In this document: in pieces, positions 26,548 through 37,241 of the stretch | Layout: each line of letters opens with the position of its first letter | How positions within the stretch are numbered: position 1 is the stretch's first letter | NCBI GenBank assembly: GCA_964291235.2 | Contig: OZ219816.1 | Coordinates: forward strand, 1,568,001-1,632,000 | Length of the DNA stretch: 64,000 nucleotides | Direction: 5' to 3' | Origin: Vicinamibacteria bacterium | GTDB taxonomy: Bacteria > Acidobacteriota > Vicinamibacteria > Marinacidobacterales > Marinacidobacteraceae | Translations under genes and position numbers: made by a program | Notes under the pieces: generated by a model | The model's database searches: none | What the model was told of the DNA's origin: nothing | The model's input: the letters and a program-made list of their open reading frames with translations, nothing else

Positions 26548-28701
26548 CTACTGCTGCTCGTCCGTGGTCGCCTCCTCCGGCAACTCTCCGAGGCGCACCG
26601 CCCAAAGCCCTGAGTTCCGGTCCGAGAAGAAGATCACGCCCTTGTGGGGCTGGGCGCCCCAAACCTGCGGGGCGTTGGGCAGGAATCCCTCGGGGTCGAG
26701 CGGCAGGAAGCGCGCAATCTCCCTGCCCTGCCGGTAGAGATTCCCGAGCAGCTCGCCCGAGACGTCCACCACGCGGAGGCCGCCGTTATAGAACGCCACG
26801 TACATCACGTCGTCCTCGATCCAGATGTTGTGGCTACCGGCTTCCGGAACCTCATAACGCCCCACCAACCGCGGCGGCGACTCGAAGTTTTCGTCCCATT
26901 CCAGGATGTGGATCCAGCCCCGCCAGCGCGTCGGTTCGTCGTCGTAGCCCGGCGTCCCGGTCCCGATCTCGGAAAGCGGGCTGTAGCGACCGCTCCGGGC
27001 GGCCTCGTCGCCGGCGAAGATGTAGAACTTGCCGGTCGAGACGCTCCGGTACGGATAGACCGCGTGGTTCCATCCGGTCGGGAACGGGAACTGCCCCACA
27101 AGCTTCGGGCTCTGCGGCGTACCACCCTTGCCGGCGCCGCCCACGTCGATCACCGCCACTCCGTCGCTCCAATTGGCCGAATAGGCGATGCCCTCCACCA
27201 CCCAGACGTCATGGATCGAACGCGCCGGGTTGTCGAGGGCAAAACTCCCTACCCGGTGCGGGACCGACGGGTCCTCGATGTTGACGATGTCGAACCGCCG
27301 GCCACCGGAAAGGGCGTACACGTGCCCCTCGTGAATGAAGGTGTTGTGGACGCCGCCCGTGAGCTGATCGTCGTACTCGGCGAGTTTGCGCACCCCCGTA
27401 CCCGGGTCGGAAACGTCCAGGATGACCAGCCCGTTACGCCGGTTGGAAGCGCCCTCGCGCGAGATCACCGCCGTCGCCCCGTCCTCGGAGATCTTCACGT
27501 CGTTCACCGTCCGGGCGTCCACGTGCACCACGTCCACGATCTCGAGATTCTCGGGGTCCGTCACGTCCCAGATATAGGCGTGGCCGGCCGCGCTATGAGT
27601 GCCGGTCATCGCGTAGTCGCGTCCGTTCGGCGCCTCCCAGACCCAAAGATCCGAAGTCGCGCGGTCCTTCACCCGGCCGTGGCCGACCAGCTCGATGGGC
27701 CGGCGGACGCCGCGCTCGGCCACCCGGACGACAGTGGACGCCGAGACTCCCCCAGTGCGGGCAACGACCGTATAGACCCCCGGAAGATCCGCCACGAACC
27801 GCCCGTCCTGGGTGATGAGGCCCGACGAGGGACCCCCGCTTCCCATCGCGTCGGTGATGGCCGAAACGCTGAATCCAACCGGGACATCGTCCAGGACCTG
27901 GCCGTCCAGATCTGTCATGGTCACGTCAAGATGTGTCACGTCGCCGGTGCGGGCGGTGCTCCGGTCCGGCGTGAGCTTCATGTCCACGACGGGATTTGGC
28001 GCCACCTCCAGCGCCATCTCCGCGGACGCCGCTCCGGCGGTGGCGGTAACGGTGACCGGGCCCGCCCCACCGAGTGCCAGCACTCCCCGGGTACGGGTCC
28101 GTTCAACGGTCGCCGGCCGGCCGACGGGCAGCGCCACCGACTCGTCCGAAGAGGTCCAGCCCACCTCGAGGCCTTCCACGAGCGTTCCCGTGTCGTCGAG
28201 TGGCTCCGCGCGAACGGTGACCTCCGTACCGGCGTAGAGCGGCCCCTCCGCGGTCACCTCGAGCGAAGCCACCGGGCGCGGCAGGATGGTCAGCGGGATG
28301 CGCTGTTCGACGTAGCCTCCGGCCTCGGAATCCCGGGCCGACGGATCGGCGCCGGACCCCACCACCCGGACCATGACCGCATATTCCCCGGGGCGCCGCG
28401 TCGAGATCTCGCCTTCCCGTGACACCTTGAAGATATTGAAACCCCAGGTCCGCATCTCGAGGTTCCAGAACTGGCCGTAGAGCGGCAGGTAGAGAAGTTC
28501 GGCCTCCATTTCGTTGCCGTCCGCATCCAGCACGGTGGCCTCGATCTGTGCGGTCTCGCCGGCAGTCAGGGTGATCTCCTCGGGTGAGACCGTGAGCGAA
28601 GCGGGTGTCGGCCCGCCTTCGTCCTGCGCGAACAGAGCCGCCGGAACGAGGAGGAGCGCCGCCGGCAGGACCGCCGCGGCAGAGAAGTTCAGAAATCGCA
28701 T
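26548..28701 (-). CDS. secreted Ig-like (Big_2) + LVIVD-repeat beta-propeller protein
   Basis: Signal peptide MRFLNF; WTSSDESVA Ig motif; repeated GLVILDVSDP, FDIVNIEDP, GVAVIDVG and GLRVVDVSG. Confidence 0.8.
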   Translation of the reverse strand: MRFLNFSAAAVLPAALLLVPAALFAQDEGGPTPASLTVSPEEITLTAGETAQIEATVLDADGNEMEAELLYLPLYGQFWNLEMRTWGFNIFKVSREGEISTRRPGEYAVMVRVVGSGADPSARDSEAGGYVEQRIPLTILPRPVASLEVTAEGPLYAGTEVTVRAEPLDDTGTLVEGLEVGWTSSDESVALPVGRPATVERTRTRGVLALGGAGPVTVTATAGAASAEMALEVAPNPVVDMKLTPDRSTARTGDVTHLDVTMTDLDGQVLDDVPVGFSVSAITDAMGSGGPSSGLITQDGRFVADLPGVYTVVARTGGVSASTVVRVAERGVRRPIELVGHGRVKDRATSDLWVWEAPNGRDYAMTGTHSAAGHAYIWDVTDPENLEIVDVVHVDARTVNDVKISEDGATAVISREGASNRRNGLVILDVSDPGTGVRKLAEYDDQLTGGVHNTFIHEGHVYALSGGRRFDIVNIEDPSVPHRVGSFALDNPARSIHDVWVVEGIAYSANWSDGVAVIDVGGAGKGGTPQSPKLVGQFPFPTGWNHAVYPYRSVSTGKFYIFAGDEAARSGRYSPLSEIGTGTPGYDDEPTRWRGWIHILEWDENFESPPRLVGRYEVPEAGSHNIWIEDDVMYVAFYNGGLRVVDVSGELLGNLYRQGREIARFLPLDPEGFLPNAPQVWGAQPHKGVIFFSDRNSGLWAVRLGELPEEATTDEQQ

Positions 28702-30632
28702 TACCAGGCCACTCCGTAGTCCTCGCCGTGCTGGCTCGAGCCGCCCCAGAAAGTGCCGTGCTCGCGGTCGAACCAGATGGCGTTGATGGGCCCCGAGGTG
28801 CGCGGCGCGAAGCGCAGCGAATACCCCATCCCGATCAGCTCGTCGCGGATCCATTCGGGGACCTTGCTGTTCAGCAGCATGGAGCCCGGCTCCGACTCGT
28901 GGGCGCCGAAGGAGCTCCGCGGCTGGTAGCTGTTGAAGTTGGCGGCCTCGGCGGCTTCTTGCACGTTCATGCCGAACTCGACGACGTTCAGGAAGAACTG
29001 CAACAGGTTCTGGTCCTGGCTGTCGCCGCCCTGGACGGCAAAGGACAGGAACGGCTCCCCGTCCTTGACCGCGAGGCTGGGCGTCAGGGTGGCGCGCGGC
29101 CGCTTTCCGGGCTCGAGGACGTTGTAGGGGTTCATCGCCGGGTCGAGGACGAAGCTCTGCATGCGCTGGCTCAGACCGATGCCGGTCTCACCAGCGAGCA
29201 CCGCGGGTAGCCAACCCCCGCTCGGGGTCACCGAAACCACCCAGCCAGCCGCATCGGCCGCCTGGATGGAGGTCGTGCCGGCCAGGAATCCATCGAGGAA
29301 CTCCTGTCGCTCCTCCTCGGTGGTGGGAGTGCCCGAAGTCCCACCGAAGCGGTCGAGGTATTCAGCGAACGGGTTCTCGCCACCCTGGAAGGGGTACGGA
29401 TCACCCGGCCCGATCGTGGGGTCGTTCCGGTCGTTCCGGATCAGTTCGGCGCGGTGCCGCGCATACTCCTTGGAGAGCAGCCCCTGGATCGGCTCCTCGG
29501 GCGGGAAGTAGGGATCCCCGTAGTAGAAGTCGCGGTCCGCGAACGACAGGCTGATCGCCTGGTAGAGGGTGTGGATGTAGCGCGTGCTGTTGTAGCCCAT
29601 GCCCTTCAGGTCGAAGGGCTCGAGGATGTTGAGCGCCTGCAGCAGCACCGGGCTCTGCACCCAGTGGGTCAGCTTGTAAACCTCGATGCCCTTGAAGTTG
29701 GTGGACACCGGCTCCTCGATGTGGACCTTCCAGTTGGCGAGGTCGTCGGTCGTGATCAGGCCGCCCTGCTCCTGAACGCCGCGGGCGAACTCCTCCGCGA
29801 TGTCGCCCTTGTAGAAGCGGTCGTAGGCAGCGTAGATCGCCTCCTTCCGGCTCTGGCCGCCGGCCAGCGCCTCCGCCTCGGCGTCCACCAGCTTGCGGAG
29901 CGTCGCGGCCAGCTCGGGCTGGCGGAAGTCCTCGCCCGGCAGCGGGCCGCCGGCGCCGAAGTCGCGGGTCGAGGAATCCTCGCGGTCCCAGTAGTTGCCG
30001 GTCTCGTCCTGCGGACCGGAGGAGGCGGAGCGCTCGTCGCGGTGGGGCAGCAGGGTCCGCCGCGAGTACGGCCACTCGGCGATCCGGTCGGCGCCGCGCT
30101 GGATGGCGCGGGCGGTGGACGCCTCGATGGGATAGCCGTCCGCCATCTGGATGGCGGGCGCGAGCACCTGGGCGAGCGACATCGTTCCGTACTCGGCGAG
30201 CATGGTCAGCAGCCCGCCCGGGGTTCCCGGAGTGACCGCGGCGAGCGGGCCGACCGCCGGCGGGTACTCCATCCCCTGCCCCCGGAAGTACTCCGGGGTG
30301 GCGCCGGTGGGCGCGACACCCAGGGCGTTGATCCCGATCACCTTCTTCTGCTCGGGATGCCAGATCAGCGCCTGGGTCTCGCCGCCCCAGCTCAGGGCGT
30401 CGAACATGGTCGCGGTGGCGCCCAGCATGGCGCAGGCCGCGTCCACGGCGTTGCCGCCCTGACCAAAGATCATGGCCCCGGCGGTCGCGCCGAGCGGCTT
30501 CCCGGTGATCGCCATCCAGTGCTTCCCGTGGAGCACGGGCTTTTGGGTCTGGGCGGCGGCGGTGGCGGCAAGGGCGGCCACCAGGAACAGCGAGACGGGC
30601 AGCGCCCGGAACGAAGGAAATACGCGCTTCAT
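28701..30632 (-). CDS. gamma-glutamyltransferase family protein, secreted
   Basis: GGNAVDAA, FRQPELAATL, FYKGDIA, autocatalytic GTTS, PGKRPRATLTP and GGDSQ. Confidence 0.9.
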   Translation of the reverse strand: MKRVFPSFRALPVSLFLVAALAATAAAQTQKPVLHGKHWMAITGKPLGATAGAMIFGQGGNAVDAACAMLGATATMFDALSWGGETQALIWHPEQKKVIGINALGVAPTGATPEYFRGQGMEYPPAVGPLAAVTPGTPGGLLTMLAEYGTMSLAQVLAPAIQMADGYPIEASTARAIQRGADRIAEWPYSRRTLLPHRDERSASSGPQDETGNYWDREDSSTRDFGAGGPLPGEDFRQPELAATLRKLVDAEAEALAGGQSRKEAIYAAYDRFYKGDIAEEFARGVQEQGGLITTDDLANWKVHIEEPVSTNFKGIEVYKLTHWVQSPVLLQALNILEPFDLKGMGYNSTRYIHTLYQAISLSFADRDFYYGDPYFPPEEPIQGLLSKEYARHRAELIRNDRNDPTIGPGDPYPFQGGENPFAEYLDRFGGTSGTPTTEEERQEFLDGFLAGTTSIQAADAAGWVVSVTPSGGWLPAVLAGETGIGLSQRMQSFVLDPAMNPYNVLEPGKRPRATLTPSLAVKDGEPFLSFAVQGGDSQDQNLLQFFLNVVEFGMNVQEAAEAANFNSYQPRSSFGAHESEPGSMLLNSKVPEWIRDELIGMGYSLRFAPRTSGPINAIWFDREHGTFWGGSSQHGEDYGVAW

Positions 30633-30732
30633 GACGGGGATTGTGCGGCTCCCGGCCCAGCGAGGCAACGGCGATCAGCCGCGTGAAGTCAGGAATCCTT
30701 CGAACCGGATGCCGGTTTGGCGGAACACCCGG

Positions 30733-31083
30733 CGCTCGCTTGCCAGGATGGCGCCGCACCCCAGCGGCGTAGCGCAGCGTCCCTCGTGCGGCGGGGAAGC
30801 GTCGCGCCGTCCCCGTCTGGGTTGGCGCCACCCGGGATGATTGAGTCTGGGAGTTTCGCGGCCAGGAGCGCCGGCCTCCCGGCCGGCATCGCCGAGCGAA
30901 GCGAGGCGAAACTCCCGTCGCTCGCTTGCCAGGATGGCGCCGCCGTCCAGCGGCGTGGCGCACCGTCGCTCGGGTGGTGGTAGAGCGTCGCGCCGTCCCC
31001 GTTTAGGTTGGCGCCACCCGCGAGGATTAAGTCTGGGAGTTTCGCGGCCTACGGCCGCGATGCCGGCCGGAGGCCGGCGCTCC
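30733..31083. repeat. family A cluster: truncated copy (30733-30863) abutting a complete copy (30865-31083)
   Basis: 30733-30863 is a direct repeat of 30919-31049 (period 186 bp); inverted REP ends at 30865 and 31083. Confidence 0.88.
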
Positions 31084-31087
31084 CCTC

Positions 31088-33127
31088 CTAGGGCTGCGCG
31101 TCGGTGGTCATCTCGTCGCCGACCGCGAAGCGCTCGAACCAGCTGCGCAACAGGAGCTGAACCCTCAGGAAGTTCGTCGGGGGGAGGCTGCGGCTATGCC
31201 AGCCGTCGGTCAGCCGTACCATCGCCGTCGGGATCTTCCGCATCTTGAGCGCCCGGTAGTACTGCTCGGTCTGCTCCATCGGGGTACGGAGGTCTTTCTC
31301 CCCGGTCATGAGCATGGTCGGGGTGGTGACGTTGCCGACGTACATCAGCGTCGATCGCCGCAGGTGTTCCTCGGGATCGTCCCACGGCATTTTCTCGAAG
31401 TTCCGGTACCAGCTCGCGCCGTCGGTGGTGCCCACGAAGCTCAGCCAGTTGGTGACCGGCGCCTTGGCAACCGCCGCAGTGAAACGGTCCGTGTTCCCCA
31501 CGATCCAGGAGGTGAGCACGCCCCCGCCGCTGCCGCCGTAAACGAACAGGTTGCGGTCGTCGATGTAACCCCGGGAGATGACCTCGTCCACACCCGCCAT
31601 CAGGTCGTCGAGATCCTTCCCCGGATACGCGTTCTTGATCTCGTTACCGAAGGAACTGCCATAGCCGCTGCTGCCGCGCGGGTTCGTGTAGAGCACCACG
31701 TAGCCGTTCGCGGCGTGGTCCTGGTTCTTGAAGTCGAATCCGCTGTTGTACATGGCGTGCGGTCCGCCGTGGATCCGCAGGATCAGCGGGTACTTGCCGG
31801 CTGGATCGAAGTCCGGCGGCTTCACGATCCAGCCGTGGATGTCGAGGTCGTCCGGAGACTCGTACCAGATCTCCTCGACCTCTCCGAGACTCACCTCGGC
31901 CAGCACCGAGGCGTTCGTGACGTGGAGGGTCGTCAGCTCGTCGGGCGAATCCACCGAGAACGCGACCAGGTTCCCGGGCGTGTGGTACGAGCTCACGACA
32001 CCCACCGCGGTGCCGTCCGCGCTTACCGTCGAGACCGAAAGCATGTGGTTCCCGGAGCTGACCGGCCGGACCTCTCCCTCGAGCGGAGCGAGATAGAGGT
32101 TGTTCGTGCCGCGTACCTGGGCGCCGAAATAGATGCCGCTCCCATCGGCAGCCCACCCCACGATGCCCGGTCGCCGGCCCATCTCGGTGGCGATCACCCT
32201 CGGGCTGCCGCCGTCGGCGTCCATCACGTAAAGCCCCTCCTCCCGGTAGGTGTCCGTGGTCTGGTCCATTCCGGTGTAGGCGATCAGGCTGCCGTCCGGC
32301 GAGGGAACGGCTCCCGAGTCCGGGCCGCTGCGGGTCGTGAGCGCGGTGATCCGGCCGCTGGCCACCTCCACCCGGTAAATCTCCGACTCCCGCCAGGCAT
32401 GTTCGGCGTCCGCGGAACGCAGCGAGGTGAAGACGATCGACGAACCGTCGCCCAGATAGCGCGGACCGTCGTGATGGAAGTCACCGCTCGTGAGCTGACG
32501 TGGCGTGCCGCCGTCGGCGCTCACCACGAAGATGTGCCGGTAGCCGGCCGGGTGGTACCCCTGCCCGTCGCGCCGGTAGTTGAGACGGGTGACGATCCGG
32601 GGGGGCTTCGTCCACTCAGCTCCCGCGGGCGGTTTCGGCAGGTCGATGGCCCACATCGGGTCCGGGCCCGGATCCACGACAGCCCGAAACGCGATGGAGC
32701 CGCTGCCGGGCGCCCAGACGATCTGTGACGGGGGGCTGTCGAGCCGCGTCACCTGGCTCTCCGCTCCCTCGGCGTCCATCCAGCGAACGAAGATCTGGCG
32801 GTCGCGCAGGAAGGCGATCCGGGTGCCATCTGGCGACCAGCGCGGCGTACCGCCCTCGGTGAGAAAGCGGTTCCGCGAACCGTCGGCGCCGATCTGCCAG
32901 AGCTCCGTCTTCCAGCGGTCCTTCATGGCGTCCACGAAACGCCGCTCGTACACCACACTCTTGCCGTCGGGCGAGATCTGCGGGTTGCGGACTGACTCCC
33001 AGGAGAGATAGTCGCCGAGTTCGAGCGGCCGCATCCCGTCCTGGGCCACCGCGCCGGCCCCGAAGAGGAGCAGGATCGCCGCGAGCATCCCGCCAACAGG
33101 CAAAGTCTTCATTCCGTGGATCCGCAT
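31088..33127 (-). CDS. S9 family peptidase (acylaminoacyl/dipeptidyl peptidase)
   Basis: Beta-propeller, then IHGGPH, NPRGSSGYG, nucleophile GGSGGG, DLRTP and WHS. Confidence 0.92.
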   Translation of the reverse strand: MRIHGMKTLPVGGMLAAILLLFGAGAVAQDGMRPLELGDYLSWESVRNPQISPDGKSVVYERRFVDAMKDRWKTELWQIGADGSRNRFLTEGGTPRWSPDGTRIAFLRDRQIFVRWMDAEGAESQVTRLDSPPSQIVWAPGSGSIAFRAVVDPGPDPMWAIDLPKPPAGAEWTKPPRIVTRLNYRRDGQGYHPAGYRHIFVVSADGGTPRQLTSGDFHHDGPRYLGDGSSIVFTSLRSADAEHAWRESEIYRVEVASGRITALTTRSGPDSGAVPSPDGSLIAYTGMDQTTDTYREEGLYVMDADGGSPRVIATEMGRRPGIVGWAADGSGIYFGAQVRGTNNLYLAPLEGEVRPVSSGNHMLSVSTVSADGTAVGVVSSYHTPGNLVAFSVDSPDELTTLHVTNASVLAEVSLGEVEEIWYESPDDLDIHGWIVKPPDFDPAGKYPLILRIHGGPHAMYNSGFDFKNQDHAANGYVVLYTNPRGSSGYGSSFGNEIKNAYPGKDLDDLMAGVDEVISRGYIDDRNLFVYGGSGGGVLTSWIVGNTDRFTAAVAKAPVTNWLSFVGTTDGASWYRNFEKMPWDDPEEHLRRSTLMYVGNVTTPTMLMTGEKDLRTPMEQTEQYYRALKMRKIPTAMVRLTDGWHSRSLPPTNFLRVQLLLRSWFERFAVGDEMTTDAQP

Positions 33128-33332
33128 TCGGACACCTCCGCTGGAGCGACGCCGCACCGTAGGGCGTCACCGGGCGAGTTTACGGGACACAGCCGGTCGG
33201 TGTCGGGCCACCATTGCCCCACCCGGGCTGGCTCTGGAAGCCGGCTGTCTTAGTATCGAAGGCGTGCGGCGATTGCGGGGAGTCGTGTCTCCAGACCGGA
33301 GGTCGTCCCTGGGGCGCGCGGGAGAAGCAACC

Positions 33333-34451
33333 ATGGTGAACCGGAAAACCAAAACAGGTTCGATCCTGAGAGCACCCACTCGGTGGCTGCCGACGCTGCT
33401 CTTCGCGCTCGCCGCGGGGTTCGGCTGCTCGCAACAGGCGGTCGAGACGGCGCCGGAGGCCGTCTATCCGGACGCGTCATGGGCACGCATCGCAGATCCC
33501 GCCTCCGCCGGGTTCTCGGCCGAGGCGCTGGACGCGATCCACCCGTACGTGGACGGGATCAACACCACCGCGGTGATGGCCGTGGTCGGGGGGCGCGTCC
33601 TCTTCGAGCACGGACCCGTGGATTCGATCAGCTACCTGGCCTCGGTCCGGAAGAGCATCCTCGCCATGCTGTACGGCCGCTACGTGGAGGACGGGACGAT
33701 CGATCTCGAACGCACGCTCGACGATCTGGGCATGGACGATGTCCAGGGCCTCCTCCCGATCGAGAAACGGGCGCGGGTGCTGGATCTCGTCACCGCGCGC
33801 TCCGGGGTCTATCACCCGGCCTCGAACGCGGGGGACAACCTCGCGGACGCCCCGCCCCGCGGCTCGCAGGAGCCCGGCACCTACTACCTGTACAGCAATT
33901 GGGACTTCAACGCGGCGGGTGCGGTGTTCGAACAGCTTACGGGGCAGAACATCTACGACGCGCTCGAAACCGACCTCGCACTCCCCCTCGGATTCGAGGA
34001 CTGGCACCGCTGGATCCACCGCAAGTCGGGAGACGCGACGCGCTCCCACAACCTCGCCTACCACATGAACCTCTCGGCCCGTGACATGGCCCGGATCGGC
34101 TACCTGATGCTGCGGGGCGGCGTCTGGCGCGGGGAGCGGGTACTGCCGCCGGGATGGGCCGAACGGATCTCGAGCGTGGTCACGCCGTCGGAGGAGATGA
34201 ATCCCCAGAGCCGGCGAGGCGGCGAGTTCGGCTACGGGTACATGTGGTGGGTGTGGGACGGCCCGGCGGTGCCGGAGGGGTTCCAGGGCGCCTATACCGG
34301 ACGCGGAGCCTGGGGCCAGTTCATCACGGTCATCCCGTCGCTCGACATGGTCGTCGCCCACAAGACGGTGCCGGAAGTCGCCACGCCGTGGGACGACTAC
34401 CTGGGGATCCTCACCCGCCTCGCCGCCGCCCACTGCGGCGCCGACTGCTGA
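33333..34451 (+). CDS. serine hydrolase (beta-lactamase/NylB-like) lipoprotein
   Basis: SxxK (SVRK), [13 protein letters not shown] and YGYMWW; lipobox GFGC. Confidence 0.88.
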   Translation: MVNRKTKTGSILRAPTRWLPTLLFALAAGFGCSQQAVETAPEAVYPDASWARIADPASAGFSAEALDAIHPYVDGINTTAVMAVVGGRVLFEHGPVDSISYLASVRKSILAMLYGRYVEDGTIDLERTLDDLGMDDVQGLLPIEKRARVLDLVTARSGVYHPASNAGDNLADAPPRGSQEPGTYYLYSNWDFNAAGAVFEQLTGQNIYDALETDLALPLGFEDWHRWIHRKSGDATRSHNLAYHMNLSARDMARIGYLMLRGGVWRGERVLPPGWAERISSVVTPSEEMNPQSRRGGEFGYGYMWWVWDGPAVPEGFQGAYTGRGAWGQFITVIPSLDMVVAHKTVPEVATPWDDYLGILTRLAAAHCGADC

Positions 34452-34477
34452 CGGGCTTGACGCAAGCGGGCCGCACT

Positions 34478-35401
34478 GTGACGGCGGACGCGACCCCGTC
34501 GGAGTACGGCCCGATCCTCGGAACCCTCGAATCCGAGGCGATCGAAATCCTCCGCGAGGGAGTGGCGACCGCAGAGCGACCGGTGATGCTGTATTCGATC
34601 GGCAAGGACTCGTCGGTCCTGCTCCACCTCGCCCGCAAGGCCTTCTGGCCGGCGCCCGTCCCCGTCCCCCTCCTCCATATCGACACGACCTGGAAGTTCC
34701 GGGAAATGATCGCCTTCCGGGACCGGCTCGCGGCAGAGCCGGACATCGACCTGCGGGTCCATACCCACGAAGAGGGACTCCGGGCCGGCGTCAACCCCTT
34801 CGACCACGGGTCCGCGCACTACACGGACGTGATGAAGACCCAGGCGCTGCGCCAGGCGCTCGACGCCGGCCGCCACGACGTGATCTTCGGGGGCGCCCGG
34901 CGCGACGAGGAGCGGTCCCGCGCCAAGGAGCGCGTCTTCTCGCTGCGGAACCGGGCCCACCAGTGGGAACCGCGGACGCAACGCCCCGAGATCTGGAACC
35001 TCTACAACACCCGGGTCCGGCCGGGCGAGTCGCTTCGGGTCTCGCCGCTCTCCAACTGGACCGAGGGGGACGTCTGGCGCTACATCGCCGCGGAGGGGAT
35101 CCCCGTCGTCCCGCTCTATTTCGCGAAGGAGCGCCCGGTCGTCGAACGTGACGGCGGGCTCATCCTGGTGGACGACGACCGGCTGCGCCTTCGGCCCGGC
35201 GAAACACCGGACGTGCGGCGCGTCCGCTTCCGGACACTCGGCTGCTATCCGCTGACCGCCGCAGTCGAAAGCGACGCCGACACCGTGGAGAAGATTCTTC
35301 TCGAGACGCTCGCCGCGGAGCGGTCGGAACGCCAGGGACGCTTGATTGACCACGACGGCGAAGCGTCGATGGAACGCAAGAAGCGGGAGGGCTACTTTTG
35401 A
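34478..35401 (+). CDS. cysD: sulfate adenylyltransferase subunit 2
   Basis: [26 protein letters not shown] and [11 protein letters not shown]; GTG start estimated. Confidence 0.95.
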   Translation: MTADATPSEYGPILGTLESEAIEILREGVATAERPVMLYSIGKDSSVLLHLARKAFWPAPVPVPLLHIDTTWKFREMIAFRDRLAAEPDIDLRVHTHEEGLRAGVNPFDHGSAHYTDVMKTQALRQALDAGRHDVIFGGARRDEERSRAKERVFSLRNRAHQWEPRTQRPEIWNLYNTRVRPGESLRVSPLSNWTEGDVWRYIAAEGIPVVPLYFAKERPVVERDGGLILVDDDRLRLRPGETPDVRRVRFRTLGCYPLTAAVESDADTVEKILLETLAAERSERQGRLIDHDGEASMERKKREGYF

Positions 35402-37224
35402 TGCCGCCCCCGTTGCGCCTCGTAATCTGCGGCAGCGTGGACGACGGCAAGAGCACCCTGATCGGCAGGCTGCTCCACGAGCGCCAGGCGGTTTTTGCAG
35501 ACCAGATGCAAGCGGTGGAGCAGGCCTCACGTCGCTACGGCACCCAGGGCGACAACACCGATCTGGCGCTCCTCATGGACGGCCTGCAGGCCGAACGCGA
35601 GCAGGGAATCACCATCGACGTCGCCTACCGTCGCTTCGAAACGGCCCGGCGCCAGTTCTTCGTTGCCGACGGACCCGGTCACGAGCAGTACACCCGCAAC
35701 ATGGCGACTGCCGCATCCGTCGCTGATCTCGCGATCGTTCTGGTGGATGCGGAGAAGGGGGTCCTGCCGCAGACCGCCCGGCACAGCCGGATCGCCGCCA
35801 TGTTCGGCATTCGGCAGGTGGTTCTCGCCGTCAACAAGCTGGACCTGATCGGCTGGGAGGAGTCCCGGTTCGACGCCATCGTCAGCGCCTACGAGGAAGT
35901 CATCGCCAACACCGGAATCGCTGAGATACGGGCGATTCCGATATCGGCGCTCGGCGGCGAAAACCTGATGCGGCGGGGGGCGCACTCGCCGTGGTATTCG
36001 GGCCCCACCCTCCTCGAGCACCTGGAGACGGTGGACGTCGAACGGTTCGCCGGAGCGGAGCCGTTTCGGATGCCGGTGCAGTACGTGAACCGGCCGAATT
36101 CGGAGTTTCGCGGGTATTGCGGCCGGATCGCCGCCGGCGCGGTCGCGGCCGGCGACCAGGTGCGGATTGCGCCTTCCGGAGTCCGGAGCGAGGTCGAGCG
36201 GATCGTCGTCTGGCAGGGTGACCGCGAGCGGGCGGCGCGCGGCGACTCGGTGACGCTGACCCTGAAGGATGATGTGGACATCGGGCGCGGCGACCTCATC
36301 GCGGCCGCGGACCATCCGGTCGAAGCGGCGGACCAATTCCAGGCTCAACTGCTCTGGATGGGAGACGACCCCCTCGTCGCGGGCCGCGCCTACCGGCTGA
36401 AGCTGCACACGAAGGAGGTTGGCGCCACCGTAACCAGGATCAAGCATCGGCTGGACGTGCTGGACGGGCGCACCCGGCCGGCGGCCACCCTCGGCCTGAA
36501 CGACATCGGTTGCCTCAATCTGGCAACCGACCGTCCGGTCCCCTTCGCACCCTACGACCAGAACGCCCGCCTCGGCGGCTTCGTTCTTCTGGACCGGCAG
36601 ACCCAAGCGACGGTTGGAGCCGGCATGATCCGTTTCGCCCTCATGCGGGCGGCCAATCTCCGCTGGCAGGATTTCGAGATCACGAAGGAACTCCGGGCTC
36701 GAACGAAATTGCAGCGTCCCCGCTGCCTGTGGTTGACCGGGCTCTCCGGGTCCGGAAAGTCCACGATCGCAAACCTCGTCGAAAAACGCCTCGCTTCCGA
36801 GGGCCGGCACACCTATGTGCTCGACGGGGACAACGTCCGCCACGGACTGAACCAGGATCTCGGTTTCACCGAAGCGGACCGGGTGGAGAACATCCGGAGG
36901 GTCGCCGAGGTGGCCCGCCTCATGGTGGATGCCGGCCTGATCGTGATCGTCGCTTTCATCAGTCCCTTCCGCTCGGAACGAGAGCGGGCCCGAGCCCTGT
37001 TCGGAGCGGGTGAATTCCGGGAGATCTTCGTAGATGCTCCGCTCTCCGTCTGCGAGGCGAGGGACCGGAAGGGCCTCTACGCCCGCGCCCGCCGGGGCGA
37101 GGTGAAGAACTTCACCGGGATCAGCAGCCCCTACGAACCCCCCGAACACCCGGACCTGCAGCTGGATACCGGCACCGAATCACCGGAGCGCTGCGTGGAA
37201 CGGATCCTGGACTCGCTCGCGTAG
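35398..37224 (+). CDS. cysNC: bifunctional sulfate adenylyltransferase subunit 1 / APS kinase
   Basis: [17 protein letters not shown] and NKLD GTPase motifs, plus C-terminal [16 protein letters not shown] and FTGISSPYE. Confidence 0.95.
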   Translation: MMPPPLRLVICGSVDDGKSTLIGRLLHERQAVFADQMQAVEQASRRYGTQGDNTDLALLMDGLQAEREQGITIDVAYRRFETARRQFFVADGPGHEQYTRNMATAASVADLAIVLVDAEKGVLPQTARHSRIAAMFGIRQVVLAVNKLDLIGWEESRFDAIVSAYEEVIANTGIAEIRAIPISALGGENLMRRGAHSPWYSGPTLLEHLETVDVERFAGAEPFRMPVQYVNRPNSEFRGYCGRIAAGAVAAGDQVRIAPSGVRSEVERIVVWQGDRERAARGDSVTLTLKDDVDIGRGDLIAAADHPVEAADQFQAQLLWMGDDPLVAGRAYRLKLHTKEVGATVTRIKHRLDVLDGRTRPAATLGLNDIGCLNLATDRPVPFAPYDQNARLGGFVLLDRQTQATVGAGMIRFALMRAANLRWQDFEITKELRARTKLQRPRCLWLTGLSGSGKSTIANLVEKRLASEGRHTYVLDGDNVRHGLNQDLGFTEADRVENIRRVAEVARLMVDAGLIVIVAFISPFRSERERARALFGAGEFREIFVDAPLSVCEARDRKGLYARARRGEVKNFTGISSPYEPPEHPDLQLDTGTESPERCVERILDSLA

Positions 37225-37241
37225 GCCGGAAGCGCCGTACA

